DNA of 64,000 nucleotides from an uncultured delta proteobacterium (GTDB lineage Bacteria; Desulfobacterota; Binatia; UBA9968): NCBI GenBank assembly GCA_963745835.1, contig CAVUZH010000024.1, positions 288,001 to 352,000 of the forward strand, read 5' to 3'. Shown piece by piece: positions 52,459 to 60,801 of this stretch (position 1 is its first letter; each line of letters starts with the position of its first letter). The notes under the pieces were generated by a model. It saw only the letters and a program-made list of their open reading frames with translations, ran no database searches and was not told where the DNA came from. The position numbers and the translations under genes were made by a program.

Positions 52459-53810
52459 CGGCGCATCCCCTGGGAGTTGATTCCCAGCACTTTGAAGCCT
52501 TGGAAGACGAAGTAAAGCGTGCCGCGGCCAAAGTGTTCTTGAACAGTAACGCGGATCGCGGCGCGCGGTCTGAAAATCATGGCCCTCGCGAGCTTTTTAA
52601 ACGGCCGGTCGCCGTTGGCGATGCCAAGCCCGGCTATATTATGGATCGGCTGGTTCTGCAGATCGCGCCCAGCGCCGGCGTCATAGATCGATAACGAAAC
52701 GAGACGTCTTCGGGCCGATTGAGGTTCTCGAAAATTTTGCCGGCGACGCTCGCGCGCACCTTATCGCTCAAGCCGCCTCCGCTGTCGAAAGCGATGCGCA
52801 GAAAACTCGGACGAATTCGGATCCCGCCGAGCAAAGCGTCTTGCGGCAAGGCGCCGAGCGGGAGTCGCGAGAGCTTGAACGTTTTTCCGCACCGCCCTCG
52901 CTCGGCGGACTGACAATATTGCCAGGCAAGGTAACCGGGATCTCAGCGGCTCCCGTTTCTAAGCCATAACCGATTGCAGTTGTGACAAATCCGCCTTCAG
53001 CGTTGATCGGAACTTCGGTTTCAATCAGGTTTTCGGCGCGGCCGCTGAGTTCCAGGCGCGCCACGTAATCAAACGGCACGACCCGTTCCGACGGCTGGCC
53101 GATGGTCTCGATGCGGCACATGGGGGAACCGTGCAAGCGCCGCAGCAAGGGCTCCGGACAGTTGGATGCGCCGAGCAGTTTGTAGCCGTAGAGAACGATA
53201 AACAGGGTTCCTTTGACACCTTCGGAACGTTCGACGATATGCAGCCGAACGCTCGAGCGCGGCATGAAGGTCAATGGCTGTGCAAGCTGACGGAAAGGCC
53301 GCTCGCCATTGCTTTTTCCGAAGGAAGCGAGATTGTGGTGGGCTCGTCTTGCAGTTCGCGCCCGCTGGCGCTGTCGACGAGGCTGAAGAGAAAAGAAATA
53401 TCTTCAGGAGGTTTTAGCCGTTCGAGGATCCCGGCGTCGAACTGAGGCGCTAACTGTTGATCGAATGCGACCGGGCGCAATCGCGGACTCAGCCGGAAAC
53501 CAGTAATCAAAGCGTCAACCGGAATTTTCCCGAGCTTGATCTCGTTCGCCGGGAGAGAGCTCTCGAGGGAGACAGCCAGCGATCGGACGCGCTCCTCTTG
53601 CAACCCGTAGCCGATGCCGGTGGCGACAAAGACGCCGTCGCTGCTGATGTTGATCACATCCTGAACGATGTTGCCTGGAATGCCTTTGAGCTGAAAACTT
53701 GCCGCATAGTCGTACGGGATCACGGCCCCCGGAACTGCCTGCGGCGCTGTCCCGCCGCGCCGGACCGGCGGAAACCTGCGGGTGTATGGACGTGTTTGAG
53801 TCGATATCAT
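52455..53810 (-). CDS. Two-repeat (tandem) jelly-roll-like protein (putative capsid protein); about three frameshifts
   Basis: Two copies of PyDY...FV..xIGYGL...D..xGRxLQxxP...GxxNGxRPF...F.PR...GxKxLG, pieced from ORFs 53271-53810, 52768-53274, 52634-52849 and following frames. Confidence 0.65.
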
Positions 53811-53941
53811 TTCAGCATCGCTCCAGATTTTTTGGCGAACAATTCACACCCAAGCGCGGACATCCTGGGATGATCGTTCATATCGAGTTGTACAAACTCC
53901 TGATATGAGCACCGGGTGATCGGCACCCCTGCCATAGATGG

Positions 53942-54958
53942 TTACTGCACGTCTCTGGTCATGTAGCCGTCCAACACGACCCAGATGTAGAGCGGGCCGT
54001 AGATCCTCTGCAGCTCTTTCAACACATCGGCATCCGGCACTTCGATTTCGACCCGGAAGTTCTGCTGTTTGTCGATGAATACCGGCTCAGCGAAACGGAA
54101 CGTGGCGGTCGGCGAGGGTTCGCCATGAGTTGTAAACGCCGCCGTCTCCGAATACGGGCCGGCGCCCGCGGGGAAAAACCACGTGGGCATCTGAATCATG
54201 ATCTTTTCGCCGACATAAAGCGTCGTAACCGTGTTGTAGATGAACTTGCCGATGAGCGTTCCGGCGCCGTTGTTCGGGTGAATCTGTGCCTTTGGCGGCC
54301 GTTTGCTGTCGGGGCGCACCTTCTTGATGATCGCTTCGATATCGGAAACATGCAGCCAGATCACGCCTTGCATATTGACGATATCTTCGCCGCCGATGGT
54401 TTTGTCCGGCTCCGAATGGAAGAACGTAAACGACTCTTCGTCCGCGAACAGCGGCGCATACCCGTCTCGGTCGGCACGCGCTTCAGTCAACAGCTCCATG
54501 AGCGGGCCCAAGCCGATCTTGAAGTTGGCGAGAATCGGCTCGGCGTTACTGGGCAGAGTCGTATCGATGAGCGCTGGAATCGTCGAGTCGATGATTTTGT
54601 TGTTGTCATCGGCAATCACGATGGCCGGATTGCCGGCGTCCCGCGCCACGAAGTAAAAAACGTTCTCGTCTAGATCTTCGACCGGATACTCTTTGTCTTC
54701 CACCGTGATGTCGTCGGGGAATTCCGGCGGCAAATCGCTGATCACCACCCGCATCGCTCGCGCCTCGAACGTATTGTAGTGCGGCAAAAGCGAGGCCGAC
54801 TGCAGGTTGGTTTCCAATTTGGTCTTGTTCTGCACATTGACGAAGAATCGCAGGACTCCCGTACTTTCTGCGTCTCGCAGTTGTTTCTCCGGTTCCACGG
54901 TGAGCGAGTCATAGATGGGCAGATGGACTTTTTCTCTTACGCCTTGTACGACAGCCAT
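53942..54958 (-). CDS. Putative single-jelly-roll major capsid-like protein with an acidic insertion domain
   Basis: Intact ORF with AAGGAGG RBS; PIYDS...LRFF...KTKLETNL...LP...F and PAGAG...GEP...PVFIDKQQNFRVEI...IWVVLDGYMTRDVQ; fold assignment is inference. Confidence 0.6.
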   Translation of the reverse strand: MAVVQGVREKVHLPIYDSLTVEPEKQLRDAESTGVLRFFVNVQNKTKLETNLQSASLLPHYNTFEARAMRVVISDLPPEFPDDITVEDKEYPVEDLDENVFYFVARDAGNPAIVIADDNNKIIDSTIPALIDTTLPSNAEPILANFKIGLGPLMELLTEARADRDGYAPLFADEESFTFFHSEPDKTIGGEDIVNMQGVIWLHVSDIEAIIKKVRPDSKRPPKAQIHPNNGAGTLIGKFIYNTVTTLYVGEKIMIQMPTWFFPAGAGPYSETAAFTTHGEPSPTATFRFAEPVFIDKQQNFRVEIEVPDADVLKELQRIYGPLYIWVVLDGYMTRDVQ

Positions 54959-55019
54959 GGTCATGCCTCCTTTCGAATGTTAACGAGCTACCCGCCCCCG
55001 AAGCGGGCTCGATGTGGCT

Positions 55020-55719
55020 TCACCACAGGGGCTTGAACGTCTCCGGTATCGAAGTTGCGGTTCCCGGTTGCGCCGTGAACCCGTTGCAGCTGGCGTTCAC
55101 GGTCGCGGGTTGAACGTAGCCCTCGAGCGGCTCCGCCTCGCCGAATCCGCTGACGTTGGTCGGAAGCGGGCAACCGGCATTGAACGCCGGCTCCATCTCG
55201 CGCACGTATCCATCCATCTCGGGCTCGCCGTAGATCTCCGGCGATTCACCGTAGTACCCGTACGGTTCAGTCTCACCGTAGGGCATCTCTTCGGAGAGAT
55301 AGGGCTCCTCTCCGTAGTAGCCGACCGGCTCGTACTGGCCGTACATCTCCGGTTCCCCGTACGGCTCCGGCGCCTGCGCATAGTAGCCATACGGATCAAT
55401 CTCTCCGTAGGGCATCTCTTCGGACAGATAAGGTTCTTCGGCGTAATAACCTATCGGCTCGTATTGGCCGTAAACATCCGGCTCGCCCCAGCCGTACATT
55501 TCAGGCGGCTGGGCGTAATATCCGTAAGAATCGACCTGGCCATAGCCGTAGCCCTGAGAGAGATACGGATCCTCGGCGTAATAGCCATAATCCTGCGGCA
55601 GCTCGCCGTAATAGCCCATGTCGGGCTGCTGAGCGTAGTGAAATCTCATTGTTCTTCCTCCATAGTTTTCGCTCGGGATTAACAATCATGACTTCGTCAA
55701 ATCCAAGGTTACGTTTCAT
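55020..55719 (-). CDS. Tyr/Gly/Glu/Pro-rich repeat protein (putative scaffold); starts at 55719 via a frameshift or at 55649
   Basis: Imperfect repeats of about 43 aa (129-bp DNA period); C-terminal FNAGCPLPTNV...VNASC; GGAGGA before ATG 55649. Confidence 0.75.
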
Positions 55720-55753
55720 AGTGAAAGCTCCGCAAAAGGTCGCTGCGGGTCGT

Positions 55754-56093
55754 TCAGCCTTCGATTCCTCGCGCGTGATCCGGTAACGTCCGCCGATGAT
55801 GTAGAGCTGGGTTCCTTGCGGGATTGCACGCCAGTCGCGCCGGCGTCTCCATAAAATGGATGTAAGTCCTGGATTGCTTCGGCGTTTGTTTGTCCGAGCT
55901 GTAAATCAGACCACGCAGATAGCCCAGATGCACCAGCACCTCTGGAATCACTCTCCGGCAAGGCGCGCGAACCACCTGCGCAGGTGCAAAGCAATGGAAA
56001 CAGGCGAAATTTCTTCTTGAGCTCGCTTGAATGCAGCCTGGAGGCCGCGCTCGCACCGACCGCGTGCCTGGCGAGATGCGCGAGCGATGACAT
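55754..56093 (-). CDS. Conserved-looking hypothetical protein; two frameshifts
   Basis: Rebuilt: ...LVHLGYLRGLIYSSDK...TYIHFMETP.RLACNP..TQLYIIGGRYRIT.RGIEG. Confidence 0.55.
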
Positions 56094-56144
56094 AACTCAC
56101 TGAGGTCGTCCTTATCTCTGAGGTGCGTGTTCACCGGATATCCT

Positions 56145-56877
56145 CTAACGTCGTCGCCGCACTCGGACCGGCCTTCTGACGGACATCGCCCACTTCGGGT
56201 ACAACAGGCCGGCGGCGGAATCATGCGTCGGGTTGCGCGTGCGCAGCGGCGCCCGGAACGAGGCCTCCGGGACCGCGCCATGCGAGGCAGCGCATGTAAA
56301 GTCGCCGCGGCTGAACTCCAGTGTAAGGATGGGGACGTGGGATCCACCCTGGCGGCATGTACGGCCGCATCGGCGGCGCCATCATTGGCATGGGAACCTC
56401 GGCGAATTCATCGCCAGCATCCGGTGCATAGACCTGTTGTGCCGCCTGGGCTACAGGCTGCAACTGTTGGATCGCTCCTGGCAGCGCTTGTTGGTACGCC
56501 TGTACCGCCGGCGCAAGTTGCTGCATGACGCCCGGCATAGCGCTTTGAAAAGCCTGCACCGCGGGCGTGAATTGTCTGACGACTCCGGGAAGTGCCCGCT
56601 GCGCCGCTTGAGCTATCGGGGCAAAGCGTCGAAGCGCGCCCGCTGCTCCTCGAATGATCCCCGGCAATGCTCTCGCCGCATGGGGAAGGACTTTCGCGGC
56701 AATAGCCGGCAACACCTTGGCCGCGAGCGGCGCCAAAAACGGCAACCCAACGGGATTGCCAAAACCGTCGTAGACGACTTCACCCATCGGCTCTGGATAC
56801 TCTCCGTATTGAGAACCATAGATTTGAGCATCCGGAACTTCATGCAGGTATCCCGTTAACGTGTCTTGGACGAGCAT
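56145..56877 (-). CDS. Protein with a YGE/MGE leader, an amphipathic Ala/Gln helix and an Arg-rich tail; frameshift near 56220
   Basis: GFGNPVG-LPFLAPLAAKVLPAIAAKVLP; 11-residue LPG/AP helical repeats; shifted-frame end RRPVRVRRRR*. Confidence 0.65.
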
Positions 56878-56879
56878 TT

Positions 56880-57418
56880 CATTCCCTCCTTTTCAATTTC
56901 ACAAACCCGTTTCCAAAGCGCCGGCGGCGCCCATCCTATCCGTCGTTCACAGTCGCGTCCACGGCGATCCATCGGCCGCGAACATTCACCTCTGGATAAA
57001 TGTGCGAGTATGCATGCGGCTTGTTCGGGCGAAAACCGGCCAACACCAGCCTCACCGGATGACCGGTAGACATGAGCATCGCGCCCAAAAGAATGGTCAT
57101 ATCGTCGCAATCGCCCGCCCGAAGCTCGAGCATGCGACGCGCTGAGTGCAGCAACTCCACACGGAAGATATCCCTCGTGTAGCGAATATTGCGGCGCACC
57201 CAATAGAACAAAGCGCAGACCTCGCCAAACCGGTTTTTTGGACGGATGCCGTACTCGCGAAAGATTTGAATCGCCTTTTGTCGAACGTAAAAATCTTTGG
57301 CTCCCGCGAGAATCATCCGCGCAATAATTTGCGCCGTCACCAGGGTGCCCCCGGTTCCATTGGGAACGCGATGAATGCGAATGCGAGGCGTCACGAAACG
57401 GCTGCATAATTGTATCAT
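56880..57418 (-). CDS. Transglutaminase-like cysteine protease; frameshift near the C-terminus
   Basis: IRYTRD, GDCDD (Cys), SHIYPE (His) and WIAVDAT (Asp) triad; continues IGWAPP in another frame. Confidence 0.85.
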
Positions 57419-57670
57419 TCACACCACACCGAGAATCCGTTGAATGGGAACGATCAGTTGTTGCTTGATTCCTTCGACCTCAACAACGGCAAAAGCGCCC
57501 TGCGAACTGCCGCTGTCTGAAATATCAAGAACCTTCCCTTGCAGAAGATCATCTCCGTAAACTTCGAGAAGCAGCATTTGAACATCTGGAACGTAAACAT
57601 CGCGGATTTTGAAATGGACCCAGCGATGCTTTAGTCGAGAAGTCTCGCTCTTGAGTTGTTCCGCAGCCAC
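57419..57670 (-). CDS. Small beta-rich hypothetical protein, first gene of the operon
   Basis: WVHFKIRDVYVPD...LQGKVLDISDSG...AVVEVEG; GTG at 57670 lies just downstream of the sigma-54 promoter; stop abuts the next ATG. Confidence 0.6.
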   Translation of the reverse strand: MAAEQLKSETSRLKHRWVHFKIRDVYVPDVQMLLLEVYGDDLLQGKVLDISDSGSSQGAFAVVEVEGIKQQLIVPIQRILGVV

Positions 57671-57682
57671 ACTGCGCAGTTC

Positions 57683-57699
57683 AGCAAGCGACGTGCCGG
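57683..57699 (-). promoter_or_regulatory. Sigma-54 (-24/-12) promoter for the 38.8-57.7 kb operon
   Basis: Minus strand CCGGCACGTCGCTTGCT (GG-CACG-N6-GC with TTGC); adjacent bEBP gene. Confidence 0.8.
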
Positions 57700-58144
57700 T
57701 TCGGGGCGTGCGTAATAACGAGACGAACCCTAGCAATTTTCGATAGCTGGGCTCTGCGCAGGTTTACGTCGTTGGAAGCAGCTAAGACGATGCAGAAAAA
57801 ATATTCCGGTTCGTATCATGATTTTCCGGAAGACTCTTTCTGCAGGCGGGGAAAAAACTCGAGCGGCGCATTGCTGGCGTGCTTTGCGTAAATTCTGTAA
57901 CCGATACTCCTGCAACCCCGGAGCTGTGATAGTCAAACCCCGTGTTATTCGCTTTTTTCAAATGGGAATAACATTGCAATGCGCCTTCATTCGACCGTTG
58001 TAGTGCGAGCATGCGTCGGGGAAGCTGTGAAAAAATCCCCCCTGATCTCCCTTTACAAAGGCAGAACGAAAACCGCGCGATCGATCATAGGTTAGGATGC
58101 AGGAATCCGAATTGCCGCGGCACCAACATCTAAACGGCGCCAGT

Positions 58145-59794
58145 CTAGCGGTCAACGGTAGAGTTCAGGTGGTACTTGCGCAGTTTGTTATAAACGCTGC
58201 GCGACGTGATACCAAGAAGGCGTGCGGTTTGGGACTGGTTGCCGCGTGTCTTGCGGAGCGCTGCCTCAAGGAGAAGCTTTTCACAAGAAGCAAGCGACCC
58301 ATTGAGCCGCCAGTTGTTCGCATCCAGCAACCTGACAACGGACGAAGTCACCTCGCGCTGTGGCGACGACGCCAGCGGACGATCATCAACGGATCGCGGC
58401 GGCCCGTGAGATTCTTCTCGCAATGCAGGCTGCCAGCGCGATAGTTGTTGCAAAATCTCCGGCGGCAGATCAGCCAGAGTGAGAGGGGCAATATCGTCCT
58501 TTTTAACCAGCGCCTGCCTGACGATATTCTCCAGTTGCCTCACGTTGCCGGGCAGTCCGGCTTCTGCGAGCGCTTCAATGAACTCGTCTTCGACAGACAG
58601 CGGCAGCGCCGGTGCGAGGGCGCGATACTTCTGAAAAAAATAATCAACCAGCGGTCTAATGTCCCCCGGTCTTTCCCGCAATGACGGAGTATGGATCGAC
58701 AGTACGTTGAGCCGGTAAAAAAGATCTTCGCGAAAGTTCTTTTCTTTCACCATCTGCTCGAGAGCCCGGTTGGTTGCGGCAATGACTCTTACATCGACGG
58801 ACGTTTCGTCGTCCTCGCCAACGCCCAAGACGGTCTTTTCTTGCAGCATGCGCAACAGCTTGGACTGTAGCCCATCCTCCAGTTCGCCGATTTCGTCAAG
58901 AAAGAGAATTCCGCCATGCGCGGAACGAACCAGGCCTTTTCGATCGCGATTCGCACCCGTGAATGCGCCGCGTATGTGGCCGAATAGTTCACTTTCAGCT
59001 AAGCCCGCGCTGATGGCGCCGCAATTGACTGCGACGAAAGGGCCGCTGCGGCGTTTCGGGTCTAAGGCATGAATAGCATGGGCCAACAGTTCCTTGCCCG
59101 TACCAGTCTCACCCGTAAGCAGGATGGGGAGGTCGCTAAGAACACTGACTCGGAGAACTGTGCGAAACACCGCCAGCATTGATTGGCTTTCCCCAACAAT
59201 CCCCGCCTGGATCATATTCTCTTTGATGCATCGCTCATCCTCCTCCCGTCGTGCTTCGGCCTGAAAGAGCTGAACGAGCAGCTGGAAAAGTTCGGACTCA
59301 AAATCTGATCTCGAGCTATCCAACAAATTGGATGCGCCGGCTACAAGGGGCAAGCAGCGAGTCCGTATCGGCCAATTGTGAGCTCCGTCTGCATAAGCCA
59401 ATATGCCAAGTCCGGAGCCTTTAAGAGCATGCAGAGCGTCCAGCAGAGATGCGTTTGGGCCAAGCTCGTCGTCCAATGCGACCAGAAGAACATTGGCGCC
59501 AGACGTGGCGCGCGCTCCTCCGACTTCGTTGATATCACTAAGCCACCTAGGGGTAGCGCCGCACTGCGCGATGATTTGCTCAAGGCGCGAGCGGTTAAGG
59601 TCCCCACGATCAAGCAGCATAATCGTAGGGGGTGAACTATGCGTGGGTATTAGGTTGGAATTTGACCGATAGTCTGCGGGAGAACTTGACAGAGCTTTCG
59701 GCTTGGTTGGCTGACTCATCGGCACGCTGGTCATCTTTCGGCGTGTGCGTAACTTCGAAGCTGTGATCAAAGCTGATCGCATCGGTGTCGACAC
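58145..59794 (-). CDS. Sigma-54-dependent transcriptional activator (degenerate receiver-like domain, AAA+, Fis HTH)
   Basis: GETGTGKE, ELFGHIRGAFTGA, LFLDEIGE, FREDLFYRLNV, PGNVRQL and GNQSQTARLLGI; the true start may be further downstream. Confidence 0.95.
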   Translation of the reverse strand: MSTPMRSALITASKLRTRRKMTSVPMSQPTKPKALSSSPADYRSNSNLIPTHSSPPTIMLLDRGDLNRSRLEQIIAQCGATPRWLSDINEVGGARATSGANVLLVALDDELGPNASLLDALHALKGSGLGILAYADGAHNWPIRTRCLPLVAGASNLLDSSRSDFESELFQLLVQLFQAEARREEDERCIKENMIQAGIVGESQSMLAVFRTVLRVSVLSDLPILLTGETGTGKELLAHAIHALDPKRRSGPFVAVNCGAISAGLAESELFGHIRGAFTGANRDRKGLVRSAHGGILFLDEIGELEDGLQSKLLRMLQEKTVLGVGEDDETSVDVRVIAATNRALEQMVKEKNFREDLFYRLNVLSIHTPSLRERPGDIRPLVDYFFQKYRALAPALPLSVEDEFIEALAEAGLPGNVRQLENIVRQALVKKDDIAPLTLADLPPEILQQLSRWQPALREESHGPPRSVDDRPLASSPQREVTSSVVRLLDANNWRLNGSLASCEKLLLEAALRKTRGNQSQTARLLGITSRSVYNKLRKYHLNSTVDR

Positions 59795-60114
59795 TGCGGC
59801 CAGCCGTTGTTACGCCGGACTATTTTTTGACTTAGTACAGTCTTTATCACTCAGTCAAGCAGTTTTTGCCAATCGTTAATAACGTTAGGTGACATTAACG
59901 TTGCGTTAAAGCAAACGCGAGACCGAATGCGAGGAGTCCAGGGCCCGGTTCGAAGCTCGGAAACTTCGGAATTTTTTACCGAAGATCAATTTTTCAAAAG
60001 CAGGGCGCAACTCTAGACACACTGCGCGTAACAAAAGTTTACGGATGAAGGAGCAGCCTCCATCTGATGGAAATTATGAAATCTCCAGAATCGGAGCGTG
60101 AAGCAGGTGTGATT

Positions 60115-60260
60115 AGCGGTTGATCAAAAAGCTGCAGCTGCAAGGCGCGCGTTGATCGCTGGAAGCGGAGACGTACTCAGCCAGTACATGCGTGTGAGCG
60201 TCGAACCGAAGCAGTCAGCGCAGACGAACAGGACGCAATGTGCCTTTTTCATCAGTCGCT
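60115..60260. mobile_element. Degenerate MITE-like repeat, copy D
   Basis: GGTTGATCAAAAAG...GCAAGGCGCGCG...CGTAC...TTTTTCATCAGTC resembles the other copies. Confidence 0.5.
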
Positions 60261-60560
60261 CACATGCCAAAAATTTTCTGAAAATCCGTCATGTGTTGCT
60301 TCAACTGATTGCCAAATTCGGGGCCGACGACATAATCGGGCTCGCCCTGGAACTCTTTATATTTTGCCGTATGCCTTTCATCGCAACGCCTTTGCCCAAA
60401 TCCACAGCGAGAACCTTTTGCCCTTCCTCCGACAGCGACCAATCCGTAAAGAGCAGTGCGGCGTGCGGGTGCGGCGCATTCTTGGCGACAAAAAATCCGT
60501 TTGGTTTGATGATCCTCGGCGGCAGCACGCTGAAACCGAGCGGCGCGCCCGTAGTGTTAA
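60260..60560 (-). pseudogene. C-terminal remnant of an ABC solute-binding protein gene
   Basis: APHPHAALLFTDWSLSEEGQKVLA fragment; frameshifted and lacking its 5' part. Confidence 0.65.
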
Positions 60561-60679
60561 AACGCAGAAACCACCGCGGAGATGCGCGACAAGGCGACGA
60601 ATAAGCTCGATTTCCTTTGAGCCATATCCCTCCGTTGATCGCTGGTACGATTCTTATGCCTAATTAAAAAACTTTAATA

Positions 60680-60801
60680 CAGGCTGCTCAAAAGATCTCA
60701 GATGCGAGGCGCGTGAAGTTCGATGAGCGGAGGCGTATGGTCAGTACGTTGAAGCGAGTCGACCGAGCGAAACGAAGCAGGTGAGGCTTTTCAGCAGCGT
60801 G
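60680..60801. mobile_element. MITE-like dispersed repeat, copy C
   Basis: CAGGCTGCTCAAAG...GCGAGGCGCG...CGAAGCA...TTTTCAGCAGCGTG. Confidence 0.7.

Noticed and set aside
53807-53935. 42-codon ORF between the capsid-like genes with an ATGA overlap
   Set aside because: No RBS or recognisable motif; cannot be supported
51233-57418. Programmed ribosomal frameshifting
   Set aside because: The breaks are numerous, lie at varied sites and lack consistent slippery motifs; errors or decay are more parsimonious
38789-59794. Intact prophage, eCIS/T6SS, encapsulin or BMC locus
   Set aside because: No terminase, portal, sheath/tube/baseplate, VgrG, HK97-type shell, BMC domains, replication genes or packaging ATPase were recognised
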